From the NCBI GenBank assembly GCA_964016885.1, contig OZ024745.1, forward strand, positions 74,524,001 to 74,588,000: DNA of 64,000 nucleotides, given 5' to 3'. Of this stretch, positions 1 through 13,160 are shown piece after piece. Under the pieces are notes generated by a model. That model saw only the letters and a program-made list of their open reading frames with translations, had not been told where the DNA came from and searched no databases. Every line of letters starts with the position of its first letter. The stretch's first letter is position 1. The position numbers and the translations under genes were made by a program. Origin of the DNA: Eledone cirrhosa (taxonomy: Eukaryota).

Positions 1-417
1 CATATTAAGTTGAGTTAACAATTTATATGAAATGAATAATAAAAATATAAATATTAATATTCATGAATGGGACATAAATATATAATATGAGAAATTAAAC
101 ATTGTTTAATAATGATTATATGTTTAGTTTAAAACTTGAGATCAATATACTAAAATTTGAGTTTAAGCATCCAAAATGTACACATTGCTAGAGAAACCAC
201 TGTCTTATATATATATATACACACGTCCTGAAAATAGAAATTATATCTACTCAGGTCTACAATATAGACATACAAAACGCAAATGATTTCTCTTAATCAC
301 TACTATACATTCCTTGTGTTATAAACAAGGAATGTATAGCAGTGATTAAGAGAAATCATTTGCGTTTTGTATGTCTATATTGTAGACCTGAGTAAATATA
401 ATTTCTATTTTCAGGAC

Positions 418-490
<73 letters not shown>

Positions 491-693
491 AGATAGTGGT
501 TTCTCTATCAATGTGTACATTTTGGATGCTTAAACTCAAATTTTAGTATATTGATCTCAAGTTTTAAACTAAACATAATCATTATTAAACAATGTTTAAT
601 TTCTCATATTATATATTTATGTCCCATTCATGAATATTAATATTTATATTTTTATTATTCATTTCATATAAATTGTTAACTCAACTTAATATG
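1..693. repeat. Long foldback palindrome (centre ~320), left arm truncated by window edge
   Basis: 1-317 is the near-perfect reverse complement of 324-693; the internal TA tract is expanded only in the right arm. Confidence 0.95.
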
Positions 694-1122
694 ACATGAC
701 GTAAAGTTTTCATTATCTCCCCCTCTCTCTATATATTATTTCTCTCTCTTGAGTCTTTCTATCTGTCTGATGACTTGATATCTCTCTGTTGCTTTCCTCT
801 GTTTTTCCTATTTCTTCCTCTTTTCTTTTTTCTTTCTTTCCTCCTGTCTTTATTTATCTCTCTCTTTTTTCTCCATGCATTTCTCTCTCTCTCCGATATC
901 TCTCCACGTTTTTTCTTTTTCTTTTTCTTTTTCTTTTTCTTTTTCTTTTTCTTTTTCTTTTTTTCTCTCTCCGTCTTTTTTCTTTCTCTCCGTCTTTTTC
1001 TAATTGTCCTTAACACTAAGACTTATTAAAATAATATAAACAATTCACTATCCAGATGGCTTCCAAAAATAATGGTTGCATTTTAAAAGGGTACGTCAAA
1101 GCTTATTTGTAAAAATATATTG

Positions 1123-1187
1123 TATTTTGTCTGATGAAGGCATACCATAATTTAATTTGGTATCCCTGAAATATGTATAATGAAATA
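1123..1187 (+). ncRNA. Type I hammerhead ribozyme
   Basis: TATTTTGT-CTGATGA-AGGCATACCA..TGGTATCCCT-GAAA-TATGTA-TA^-ATGAAATA; stems I and II pair, near-palindromic stem III; predicted cut after 1179. Confidence 0.8.
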
Positions 1188-1227
1188 AATATGGTTTTAT
1201 AAATATAGTTTCCATTTATTAATATCG

Positions 1228-1257
<30 letters not shown>

Positions 1258-1259
<2 letters not shown>

Positions 1260-1385
1260 TCTTTCATATATCTAGTTGAGTAACCAAGATTGTCTCGGCT
1301 TGATTCTTTCTGTACATTTAATATTCATCATTATATGTATGTACATGATACTAGTTGTTACTCATTTAGATATATAAAAGAGACT
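1258..1385. mobile_element. Small MITE-like inverted-repeat element
   Basis: gtctctttcatatatctagttgagtaac ... gttactcatttagatatataaaagagac imperfect terminal inverted repeats. Confidence 0.5.
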
Positions 1386-1549
1386 CTTTCGTATATCGTT
1401 TAAATTTGTATATACACAAAAATTATATATATATATATATGGTGGGTATTTATATGCTATATCCATTGCACCTTTTTTAGCTTCCCCTCCTCCCACGTGC
1501 GATTTAGCTTCTGTTTAACTCATCACTGTTCTTCTCCCCACCATCATTA

Positions 1550-1850
1550 CATTCTCAGTGCTGCTATAAACATTGTTTTTCTCTCTAATGATGGGCTTTG
1601 AAACGTCAGTGTTTTTGTCTCCCAGCAACATAAAAAAAATATCCAAATTTGAAAACATTACAAAATATTTTTTGCCAACGTAGACTTCCACTTGTTTTTC
1701 TCAGTGCTACCATAAACATTTAAACACTGTTTTTCTCTCTGTCAATAGGCTTCGAAGCATCAGTACTTTTGCCTTCCAGCAACATACAAAATTATCCAAG
1801 TTTAAAAACATTACAAAATACATTTTGCCGTCGTAGATTTCCACTTGTTT
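1550..1850 (+). repeat. Diverged tandem duplication (~165 bp unit) with decayed HHR-like motif
   Basis: ttctcagtgct..cacttgttt occurs twice; first unit has ctaatga-tgggc-ttt-gaaacgtc at ~1585-1608. Confidence 0.55.
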
Positions 1851-2491
1851 CAGATGCAGTAGGGTGTCGGTTATATAGAAGCAAGGGGATGTAAGGTAAT
1901 TTTTTGCTGCAACACCCGTCTCGCTTTGATGTGAATATAACGTTCGAAACCGTCGAAAATTTAACTAAAATATTTCCGGGTGTAATAATGTAATAGTAAA
2001 CATTTGCTGAATGTAATTATGAATATCAATAAGGCCGATGGAAAATACTCCAGAGACACAAAACATATATACGTTCTTCTTTCTTTTTTTTTTCTTTATT
2101 TTACCCCAAGCACTGCAAGAGGCATTTTGGAAACAGCAAATATTTTTCTGTAATTAGCGAAATACCTAAATTAGAAATAGATTATAGAAGGTAGTAGGCT
2201 CTTGGCAAATAATTTTAATAGTAATATGACACACATACTTGACGATTCGATAACTAGAGATCAATTAAATGAGTGTAGCAGTAATTTGATCTCTTGTTCA
2301 GGGGGATATAGCACTTAGCTAAACACTTCGGCCCCCTCAACAAGGGCCCGACAGCAATTCTCCCATTGGCACTTCAACAAAGGTAGGTCTGCACACCACT
2401 GTAAATATCTTTTGAATCATAGCATACACCACAACAATATAAGCCTTTTTTTTTTTACATTGTCAGCAATAGCCTCGTAACAGGTTATTAA

Positions 2492-2640
2492 AATAATTGT
2501 TTCTACTTTTTGGCATAAGGCCAGCAATAACTCAGTACATTACTGGTACTTTATTTTATCGACCCCGTAAGGATGAAAGGCAAAGTTAACCTCGGCACGA
2601 TTTGAACTCAGAATGGCAAGGGCCGTAACTCTATGCGTTA
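2492..2640 (-). mobile_element. tRNA-derived SINE (family A), partial
   Basis: Same sequence as the other copies: B-box GTTCAAATC and GCCTTTCATCCTTACGGGGTCGATAAA central domain on the minus strand. Confidence 0.85.
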
Positions 2641-4511
2641 TTAAAATAATAAATATATATTTAAGTCGCGATCATGGTTTATTTGTTCATTCAACTGCAT
2701 TTTACACAGCGCTTCAGCAAAACATTACTACCACATCTGCCATTTCAAAGTGAACAACAATACCGAAACCAACTCTTCACACGCTATAACTAAATAAATT
2801 TCGATTGTTATATAAGTACTGAGATCAATTGAAACAACTGTTATTCTCACTAAAGGTTTGGCTTTCTAGCGGCGTTAGAAATCAATATTTACGTATCATC
2901 AAGTTATGTAATGAATTGAAACATAAACAAGATGTAACTTCAAAACATAGGAGCTATGCTTTGACTAATTAGTTATGCTGAGCTGTACATTATGCAAAAT
3001 TATCTTCAGACAAATTTCTTGTTGTTTCATTTTTTTTTTCTTTTTAACTAGTCAACGAACTATTATATCTGAACTACTCTATCTATTATACAAGATTTTA
3101 CTGCTTACGTCAGAGGAACATAAATAGTAACAATCCATAGAACATGTTGCCAGCATGTCGTACTTGATATTCGAAATACTACATTCAAATAAATTATGCT
3201 TAACATACTCGTGTGTGTATGCGAGAGAAAGAAAGAGAGAGGGGGAGGGTCAAATTTATTTATTTTGAATAAATCTTATTTTAATGGTTTTATTTTTAGC
3301 TAGTTTAAGAGAGAATCATATCAGCATTATACAGAATCTGACAAAATATTGGTTATCATAACTAAATGCTTTGGAAGAAACAAGTGGAAGTTATGGAGTA
3401 TCTTAGTTTACTATTATTTCTTCAGTAATTTAGTTATCATGTAACAGTTTCAGCGTGCTTTATATATCTAAATTACTAGAAATAATATTAGGCTAGGATG
3501 CAGCAGTAATTTGAACTCTTGTGCTGATGTCAGCAAAATAGGTCAGTATCTCCACATATGCTGACCTCTGGGCAATATGAGGTTCATTTTTTTTCTTTGT
3601 TTCGAATTATTGTCGCCATTTTGTCTAGAGAAAACAACTCAACTGGGGTCATTTGCAGTTTATTTAAAATAACACTTTCTTAAGACCATTCTGCTCCTAG
3701 TCAAACTAAGCAGAGTTCATTACCGACCAGCTAAATGTAATGGTCAACACACCGACCCCTTCGGGTCTTTCTCTCTTCGTCTCTTGTTCAGCCAGGCCAG
3801 CGAAATTCATACCATCAACAGTAGTTTTGTAAATACATTTCCTAATAACTACTTTACAAGCAACCAGGTATACACAGCACATCCGATTCATAACATCACA
3901 TAATTCAACTGTGGTTATTTGTTCTTCGTGTATTGTCGTTATAACTTCGACGAAAGTTATATTTAATAAATTAGTAATATAACGGCTTTGTGTTATTGTA
4001 TTGTATACTAGCAGTGGTAACCGGCGTTGCACGGGATACGGTATTTTGGAACGCGGGCCGCCAACAGACCTAATCGTGGAAAAACTGCATGCCTGGACAA
4101 TATGTAAAGAAAATAAACCGAATACTCTGATGGCTGGATAATCTTTAAGATTTTCCTCGATGAAGCAGAAAAAATGCAGGTTTTCACCTAATGCGGGCCC
4201 TGAAGAAGAGACTGACTAATACATAGTATTTTCAAGGAGATCGGTCTGACGTAACGCCTCAAAAAACCCCCTAAAAACCTGAAAAAACACAGTTTTTCAC
4301 CTAATGCGGGCTCTAGGAGATACAAAAAGTAGAATTTTTTATGTGCATAATACTCCCTGAAATATAAGTAATACACATGTAAAGTTTGAAAAAAGTCGGT
4401 TGGGTACTTCTCGAGTTTTAGGGATTCAAACTCAGAGACACACACATATCAACACACACAGACATCCTCAGGGAAGTGACGTAATGCAGACAGCCAGACA
4501 TACAGACATAT

Positions 4512-4686
4512 ATTTGTTTCTACTTTAGGCACAAGGCCAGCAATTACCCAGTGTATTACTGGTACTTTATTTTATCGACCCCGTAAGGATGAAAGGCAAA
4601 GTAAACCTCGGCGGGATTTGAACTCAGACCGTAAAGGGGCGTAACTATGCTGGAAAGCATGGCGTCCGACCCTCTACCAATACTGC
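4512..4686 (-). mobile_element. SINE family A inserted in Helitron copy 1
   Basis: SINE sequence is present here and absent at the homologous position (~7330) of Helitron copy 2. Confidence 0.9.
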
Positions 4687-4920
4687 GGCGCGACGTTATA
4701 TGTATGTATATACATATCTAAAAAGAGAAAGACTAAGAATTATAGAGCGAGATCGCAAAATCGCCTAATGTGGTCCCTGGGGCATAGAAATTTTTTGCTC
4801 AGAACACTCCCTGAAACATAAGTATTATATGTGTCAAGTTTGAAAATAGTCGGTTCGGTGCTTCTCGAGTTTTAGGGATTCAAACTCACACACACACAGA
4901 CAGACATCCTCAGTTTTATA

Positions 4921-5329
4921 CGAGGGTAATCTCAAAAGTAAGGTCTCCAAAGCGAAGGGGACGCAGAGAAACTGTTCGTACGGCTGTTGGCAACAGTGTT
5001 GTGATTGGTGCTTCCTTCACTCCCAAACAAGCATGCGCGCGCTTCGCTGGGATGCTCAATCTTGGCTTGGCAGCCGTTGAGAATGGAGCTCCCGTTGAAC
5101 GCTACAGCCAAGTGCGAATTTCGCGCAGTTATTATATACGAGGGCAATCCCAAAAGTAAGGTCTCCTTCCGAGGAAAACATGCGTAAGAATCGGCGGATC
5201 ACTCTGGATGCTCTCTGCATTTTGGTTCCTGAGGTTTCCCGAAGCACCATCCACAGGATTTTAACGGAAAAGTTGCAATATCGGAAGTTGCAATATCGGA
5301 AGGAGACCTTACTTTTGGGATTGCCCTTG
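4921..5329 (+). mobile_element. Internally deleted mariner element
   Basis: TA-flanked TIRs cgagggtaatctcaaaagtaaggtctcc / ggagaccttacttttgggattgcccttg; transposase remnants MELPLNATAKCEFRAVI and NRRITLDAL..VSRSTIHRILTEKLQYRK. Confidence 0.85.
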
Positions 5330-5941
5330 TATATATAGATATTTCATTACCTATGTGATCAGGGTATATCACTTACTCGAGGAATCATTACATCATCATC
5401 ATCATAATGAACACAGTTACTCATCTTCTTGCACACCCGCAATCTCTGGTCACGCTGTATTAGGCATATCAATCTTGCTTCACCTACACAACAGTGACCA
5501 CACCACTGAGCAATCCACAAGTGAGCACACACACACACAACAACCGAATCAGCACCACAACACCATCTTCCATCCTAGCGCCAGACTCGCTATAAAAAGC
5601 AGCTCCTCGCTATAAGAATACATCGTAACTTTCACGTGTTTCTTCCAAAGAGTTTTATCATGGAAACCAATATAATTGTTACTTTATTTCATTTTTTAAA
5701 TTATCTGGGACACAACATGCTGTGACACCTTCTCCCCCCTCGGTCACAAAACGCGGTATTGCGGCTCGCAATGCAGAGGACAGGTAGACAAGCAAATGAG
5801 GGAGCTTGTCCGGCCGCTTCCTCTTTGCTCCTGTCGCCCTTGAGACCTCAGGCGTCCTTGGACCCCAGACAGTTGACCTCCTCTATAAAATCGGATCAAT
5901 AGCTGTCCGTCTGAGGAAGCAGCCCCACGAGGTGGGTGGGT

Positions 5942-5987
<46 letters not shown>

Positions 5988-6089
5988 AAAGATATTCAAA
6001 TTGATGCAGAAAATGATTGTTAATGGTTTTCCTTTACTTTTCAGATATTGGAAGTGTTGGCGTTGTGCTTAAATCAGAAACTATTATTG

Positions 6090-6302
6090 ATGGATTGGCA
6101 GTATCGGCAGAGCGTCGGACACCATGCTTTGCAGCATAGAGTTATGGCCCTTTACGTTCTGAGGTCAAATCCTGCCGAGGTTAGCTTTGCCTTTCATCCT
6201 TACGGGGTCGATAAAATAAAGCATCCTTACGGGGTCGATAAAATAAAGCACCAGTAATGCACTGGGGTAATTGCTGACCTTGTGCCAAAAGTAGAAACAT
6301 AT
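6090..6302 (+). mobile_element. SINE family A, near full length, with internal ~28 bp duplication
   Basis: A-box TGGCAGTATCGG, B-box GGTCAAATCC, duplicated catccttacggggtcgataaaataaagc, tail gtagaaac. Confidence 0.9.
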
Positions 6303-6663
6303 TATATAGTGAAGCACCAGACAAGTACTGGGTCGATTTAATCATCGACTTTTTCTCTCCCTACATGATTGACATTGTGCCTAAATTAGAAAGCGTCATA
6401 TATGTATTTTTATTGACATAGTATTGCGTAAAGATCATGAAATATTATTAGGTTTATATATGAGTGTAATGGTATGTTTAGTTCATTGTACTGTAGTCTC
6501 AAACTTCAAGTGTCGCCAATATTTTCATACTACAAGAGGAAGATAGTTTATGATTCAAGAATGCAGCTTACTCCAAACTTTCACGATTTCCACATTAATT
6601 GTTTGATTTGCTCTTTTGTCAGCATAATAACTCTTCGTCAGTTTGTTTTGCATATATATAATA

Positions 6664-7576
6664 CTAACAGTGGTACTCGGCGTTGCACGGGATAAGGTAT
6701 TTTGGAACGCGGGTCGCCAATAGACCTACAAACTGAATGCCTGGACAATATGTAAAGAAAATAAACCGAATATTCTGATGGCTGGATAATCTTTAAGATT
6801 TTCCTCGATGAAGCAGGAAAAATGCAGGTTTTCACCTAATGCGGGCCCTAGGGGATCAAGAAAATGAATTTTTTTATGTGCAAAATATGCCTTGAAATTT
6901 CGGGAAAATCGGTTAGACGAAACGCCTCCAAAAAGCCCTAAGAAGCGGAAAAAATAAAGTTTTTCACCTAATGCGGGCCCTAGGCCATAAAAAAAGTTGA
7001 ATGTTCTTTGCTTATGGTATGAAGAGACTGACTAATACATAGTTACAATTTCAAGGAAATCGGTCTGACATAACGCCTCAAAAAAACCCCTAAAAACCTG
7101 AAAAAACACAATTTTTCACCTAATGCGGGCTCTAGGAGATACCAAAAGTAGAATTTTTTATGTGCATAATACTCCCTGAAACATAAGTAATACACATGTA
7201 AAGTTTGAAAAAAGTCGGTTGGGTACTTCTCGAGTTTTAGGGATTCAAACTCAGAGACACACACATATCAACACACACAGACATCCTCAGGGAAGTGACG
7301 TAATGCAGACAGCCAGACATACAGCCAGATATTATAAGGGCGCGACGTTATATGTATGTATCTATCTAAAAAGAGAAAGACTAAGAATTATAGAGCGAGA
7401 TCGCTAAATCGCCTAATGTGGTCCCTGGGGCATAGAAAATGTTTGTTCAGAACACTCCCTGAAACATAAGTATTACATGTGTAAAGTTTGAAAACAGTCG
7501 GTTGGGTGGTTCTCGAGTTTTAGGGATTCGAACTCACACACACACAGACAGACATCCCCAGTTTTATATATATAGA
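6664..7576 (-). mobile_element. Non-autonomous Helitron (copy 2)
   Basis: High identity to 4008-5339 without the nested inserts; internal repeats of cacctaatgcgggc; 5' TC at 7576-7575. Confidence 0.75.
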
Positions 7577-8541
7577 CTAGCAGAAAACCACCCGGTGGGC
7601 GGTTTTCTGCTAGCAAATCTAGTGTATATACTGATATTGTTGAGATTTGGATGAGAAATGTTTTCGGCACCACATGTTCACCGTCTCTCGGTGTGTCTTT
7701 TATGCATGTATAAATATATATGTTATCTATACGGTGAAATCTTTGAAATAAATATATGTTAAAACGAAAAAGGAGAAAATAAATAACTGGCGGTTAGAAA
7801 AAAATATTCCTATGAAATTTTAATCATACCATTAGGTGTGAATAAGGAAATATTTTTTTATTGTCAAAACAAATGTTCAAAAGTTAAACTTCAATTTTTT
7901 GAATTATTTCCAATTTTTTCATGAAATTGAACACTGGACATTGGCTGCTGGAAATGGAAATTAAATCGTATTTAATTGTATTTAAATTTCTAACCTTATT
8001 TTATTATTTATATTTTTTCAATAAGAAATAAAAAAAAAACAACAAAAAAAATTGAAGAAAAAATTGAACAAATCAAAACGTAGGTTATGGAACTGCGCAA
8101 TCTGATTAATAAATTACCTCATCAGCAGCAACCTTCTTCAAATGGTCCTTATTATCAGCAGCAACAACCACAAATTCAATGGCAACCTTCTTCAAACCAC
8201 AAATTCAATGGCAACCTTCTTCAAACCACAAATTCAATGGCAACCTTCTTCGCATGGTGTCAAGTCAGAACCGCCTCGAACTGGTTACTTCTGGCTTGTG
8301 CAAGGTGTCTCTATAGCAACCAGCGATTCCCTTGGCCTCAGTGACCAAAGTCAGTGGAGAGAGGAAGGTAATATTTCTGTAGCACGTGTTTTAGCGTCTA
8401 TTCACTCTCTCTCTCTCCCTCCCGCTATCCCCCTCTCGTAGTCTGTCTCTTTCTTTCACTCTCACTCTCTCTCTACGCACGTGTTTCCACTGTCGGACAG
8501 ACAGACAGACAGAGAAATTGCTGGTTATATATATAAGTAGA
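7577..8541 (-). mobile_element. Non-autonomous Helitron of a second family, abutting copy 2
   Basis: CTAG at 7577-7580 with hairpin ctagcagaaaacc..ggttttctgctag; (GACA)n and TC terminus at 8541-8540; internal 28 bp tandem repeat at 8165-8251. Confidence 0.6.
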
Positions 8542-8593
8542 TAATGACTTCTTTATAAAATATCATAGACTATATATATATGTGTGTATATAT

Positions 8594-8630
<37 letters not shown>

Positions 8631-9577
8631 AATGTTATAGTCGGTGAATTTCTATAACATTCTTCTGTTGAGAACATAAGTTTGGCTCAAAATGTTAAAA
8701 TATTCGTCAGTTCCTGTATTTAATTCAGCCATTTTGAGCTACTTTATATTTGCTACTGTTTTTCAACATTATAGACGCTTCGGAGGGAATTTATTTTTAC
8801 CATATCTCTGTTATTCGTTAAGCTTCATTAATCTCGCTTTGCTTTTGAGACTGGTTCTTGTTTTTTGCAGAAGGTTTATCATGTCATGCGCATATAGAAG
8901 AACACATACACATTAATGATTTCATGGAGTGTCTTTTCTATTTAGTATGAAAGATTTGAAGCGAAATGAATGTGATTTACTTGAAACGTGATCTGAATCC
9001 AAGACAGCTTTTAGTTAAGGTGAGAATAAGACTAGAGATTAGAATCTGCAAGTCTTGTTTGCTAGAGAAAAGGGAGATGAAGGAAAGTTGATAATGCATG
9101 CTGAGAATTGTATGAACACACAACACATATCATCACAGTTTGTAGTAATGAGAGTAGAAGTAGGCCAAGAAAATCTGGTCATAAAATTTACTGCTACTGT
9201 TAAGTCTAACTGAAAAGTCTTTATATCAATCAACATGTTACAGAGCAAGCTGTTTAATCGATGTCAGATTATAATAATACAATTTGAGTTTTGTATGTAA
9301 GTATGGATCCATAACTCTTGGTGGGGGATGCGCCGTGGTAACATACGGCGCTTCTTATGCATTTTAAACCTGGCGGGACCCATCCCTATCCAGGTCAGAA
9401 TACATCCAATTTCGTCCAGAGAATGAGAGAGAGGGGGGAGAGAGAGGCGGGAAGAAGCGGTTCCAGTACTGGACTAATACTTTTTTTTATCGATCTCGAA
9501 ACGTCAGAACACAGCCGATTTTGTCCAGAGAAGGAGAGTGAGTGAAAAAAGATAGAAAGAGTGCAAGAAAGAGAGAG

Positions 9578-9642
<65 letters not shown>

Positions 9643-10006
9643 TGAAAAAGAGATATAGAGAAAGAAACGGTTAATCATTTTTTTTTTTCGACCCCGAAAG
9701 GTTGTGACGTTCGTGCCTGTTTTAAAACAATTAACGATATAGATGAAGTGAAATAGCTGCAACTGGTGATGGAAACTGGATCCCAGACTCAGCATGACAG
9801 AAGCTGATGAATTTGACATCATACTTCTGATCATCTGTTGCGACTTAGTTAATTCATGGCTGCTGATTGCAACCGTAAACTATGTAATAGAGGTCTAGAC
9901 TGCAGAGATGGCCGTCTACGGTAAAGTGTAATTACGAGATTGTGTATTTTGTTTGTTCGTTTTCTCCGATCGATGCTACGGTCCCTCTACATTTTTTTAC
10001 CTCGTC

Positions 10007-10069
<63 letters not shown>

Positions 10070-10403
10070 ACTAAGGAGGGGCTAATAGGGAATAGATGTT
10101 TTTGTTCGTTCGTCCCTTTGAAGCTATTTTCTGGAAAATATGACTTTGTAGCTTTCTAATTCAGTAAACTTATTTTTGTCAAGGATTCAACTTTGATTTT
10201 CCTTTTTAGCGAGTCCAGAAATTAAGTACTTACAGCACACTAAAGGCGATGTAATATATTATAGCCATTTACAGTAATAATTAATATTTCACTGTGTCAA
10301 GAATTTTACAAGGAACAGAGGCTACGTCTTCCTTAAATCCCAACATACTGCCTTTAAAATGAAGGACATGATAGGTAATGTAGTTCCAAATATACTGGGC
10401 TTG

Positions 10404-10590
10404 AAATAATTGTTTCTACTTTAGGCACAAGGCCAGCAATTACCCAGTGCATTACTGGTACTTTATTTTATCGACCCCGTAAGGATGAAAGGCAAAGTCA
10501 ACCTCGGCGGGATTTGAACTCAGATCGTAAAGGGACGTAACTATGCTGGAAAGCATGGCGTTCGACCCTCTACCGATACTGCCAATCCAC
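10404..10590 (-). mobile_element. SINE family A, full length
   Basis: Complete copy from gtggattggcagtatcgg head to agtagaaacaattatt tail. Confidence 0.9.
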
Positions 10591-12914
10591 CAAAAGACGG
10601 GTTGATACTGATTTCAACAGCTTCAATTTGTTAGCTCGATCAGGGCCGACTTGTGGCTAAATAACAACATTATAGTTCTGTCTACTTAAAATAATTTAAT
10701 GGTAGTAATACCTTTTTTTGGCAGCCTATTTAGAACCTCACTGCTACTTACAATGCACATTTAACCATCTGATAGCGTTTACTGACACAAAAACGCATCT
10801 TATTTCAACTTCTATATTAAGGAATCATTTTTAGAGATCTGATACTTCTAAATATTCAACACCCCTCCCTCATAGAAAGTTCACATTCTTTCCATTGTTT
10901 AAACTGTATCAAAAAGTATTTCCCTTCTCTTCTCAGCTCTCAGCAACTCGTTGAAGTACATGTACCGCTCAAAAAAAAAAAGCAAATTTTTTTCTATAAA
11001 TTCTTTCAATTACTGACATCTTCAAACACCTATAAGAAATCTCTTTTCTTTCTCAAATGTTATCACTTAACACTCATTTCCAGTTCTATCCACACCATAT
11101 TATCCGCTTCAGTTTCTCTTTTCCCACACTCAATTGAATTTAGATTGACCTGTAGGCGAGGGCCGGTGGTTATTTTCTGTTCAGACACAACGATAAGCAA
11201 AAAAGAAAAATGCCGTGAAAACTGTTTTTATCCCCACACAAGTTTCAATTTAGATTTTGACAGACAACTCCAGAATAAGATGATTTATTGTTTTTCGTCG
11301 ATGTTTCAAAGAATTACCGGTCAGCCCACAGCTTAAGTAGATCTATGGTGCTGAAACAGTTGATCAAAGAATCATTTGAATGAGTGTTCAAGACATCGCT
11401 AGAGTTTTTTCTCCATCTCTCCCTTTCCCTCTCTATCTTTATTATTATTACTTTTTTTCTTTTTTGTTCTCTTAAGAGTTATTATTTTCAAACATGTGGT
11501 CTCTATTTTAACGGTGTTAGATAGTTTGTTGAGAGATACTTGACTATTACACTGAGCAGCAATAGTCAAGTATCTAGTCACTACACGGAAGTGTTTACGT
11601 TTCCTGCGAATAAATTCAGTTAAGTAGTTTAATTGGAAACCAAATCCTTCATTATTACATGGAGGTAAAGTGTGGAATTTTAGAATTTTTCGGTTGAGAA
11701 TTGTCTCACTCCATTGCATCCAAACATTTATAACTAAAGAAAATTGTGTGTGTGTTTATACTGGAATTATATAGTGTGTTTTAGTGCAATCATTAGATTT
11801 CTAAAAAAAAACTCTCTCAACTTCACCTATTCTCTCCCCTATACTCTCCCTTTTTCTTCCCTATACTCTCCCCCTATTCTCTCCACCCTCATCTCTCTAT
11901 TTCCTCCGAAACGTCCACCATATTAAAACCATTCCACTGAAAATAATAGCAACACCTTTATTCTACAATTGATGATAATGAGGATAGTGATGACAGTACA
12001 GTTACTATGCTGGATTCAGAATGTTTTAACATTTTTCTCAGTATTGTGGGTTCTTTTTCTTGTGAATGAGCTTAATAATGAAAGAAATCGGGGGGGGGGG
12101 GGGGTAAAGAAAACCTGAAAGAAAGAAAAAATGAATAAAATTATACAACACATGATAATTGCGTGGTTTTTTTGTCAAAAATAATAGCAGAATGAAATCT
12201 CTTTCGTGTTTGGTAGACAAAAGGACATTTTATTAGTTTTTTTTGGTTCTCTTTATGTTTTAACTTTCTTTTCTCTTCCCGTGATTCCATCACGCAAATA
12301 CAACAATAATGACAACAGACTAAAACAAAAAATATTCCTCTAACAATTATGAAGCCATTAAATTCTTCTTTATTAAATCGTTTGTTACAATCAACGACCG
12401 ATCATACACCTATTGTTTCCATTATTGAGACTTGGTTAGTTACGGCAATGAATTGACTGAAGCGGAAAGACGATTGACAAATTGACTGGCTGTATTTAGT
12501 TAGCATCGCTTTACTTTCTGAAAGGATCGACTTGGCCTGTCATCCTTCAATAAAATAAATTATCAACCAAATATTTGTTGTTGTTGCGGCTCACACCTTG
12601 TGACTTTAGCTGGCCTCTTATAAGGTTGCAAATGACAGAAGGTTTCTTGACTATTTTAATGCTAGAGTGCTATCACGTTATCATTTTTCGGTAACTATTA
12701 AGTAACAGAAAATACAGTCTACAAATCTCAAAATGACCTACTTTATGGTATCAATCACATCTTATTAGGTGCCCTACGTAACATACACACATTCTTGGCT
12801 CACATTCACTGCAAAAAAAAATGATGATCCAGCTTTTGATACCAACTTGCCTGAAACCGGCCATAATTTTAATGTATAAACCTGCCAAATTTTAAGTGTT
12901 CATATATATGATCC

Positions 12915-13160
12915 GACTGGATCCCCAAACGTGACCAGCCAAGCTCATGGATGTTATTCAACCATCATGATCGGGATCTACCCCCCGGGTCTCCTACCGG
13001 TTGGTTTTGCCCGTAAATCTATCTGTCCAGCGATTCTTTCCTGAGACATTCTAACCATAAGTCCACAGTATCGGAGCTGTGATCTCTCAATTCGAAGAAG
13101 TAGCGGCTCTACCTGAAGTGCCTCTCTGATCTCCGAGCTTCGCATTTTACTGCTACACAC
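12915..13160 (-). mobile_element. RTE-clade LINE 3' fragment
   Basis: Translates RSSEIREALQVEPLLLRIERSQLRYCGL..GRRP; homologous to 23590-23950 and 45810-46290. Confidence 0.8.

Larger units (their letters stand above)
4008..5339 (-). mobile_element. Non-autonomous Helitron (copy 1) with nested SINE and mariner
   Basis: Minus strand begins TC (5339-5338), ends with CCCGTGCAACGCCGG hairpin then CTAG (4011-4008); homologous to 6664-7576. Confidence 0.75.

Noticed and set aside
759-1029. Lys/Arg-rich and Phe-rich ORFs; ctgatga at ~767
   Set aside because: Pyrimidine low-complexity tract; no GAAA or paired stems follow, so not an HHR.
1925-1960. ttgatg..gaaaccgtc HHR-like string
   Set aside because: Core incomplete and stems marginal.
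6090-6185. tRNA gene
   Set aside because: A and B boxes belong to SINE heads; no complete cloverleaf.
8165-8251. 28 bp direct repeats (CRISPR-like length)
   Set aside because: Contiguous with no unique spacers, eukaryotic context; simple minisatellite.
9760-9835. Possible host exon
   Set aside because: No recognisable protein motif or convincing splice context; small exons cannot be excluded without RNA-seq.
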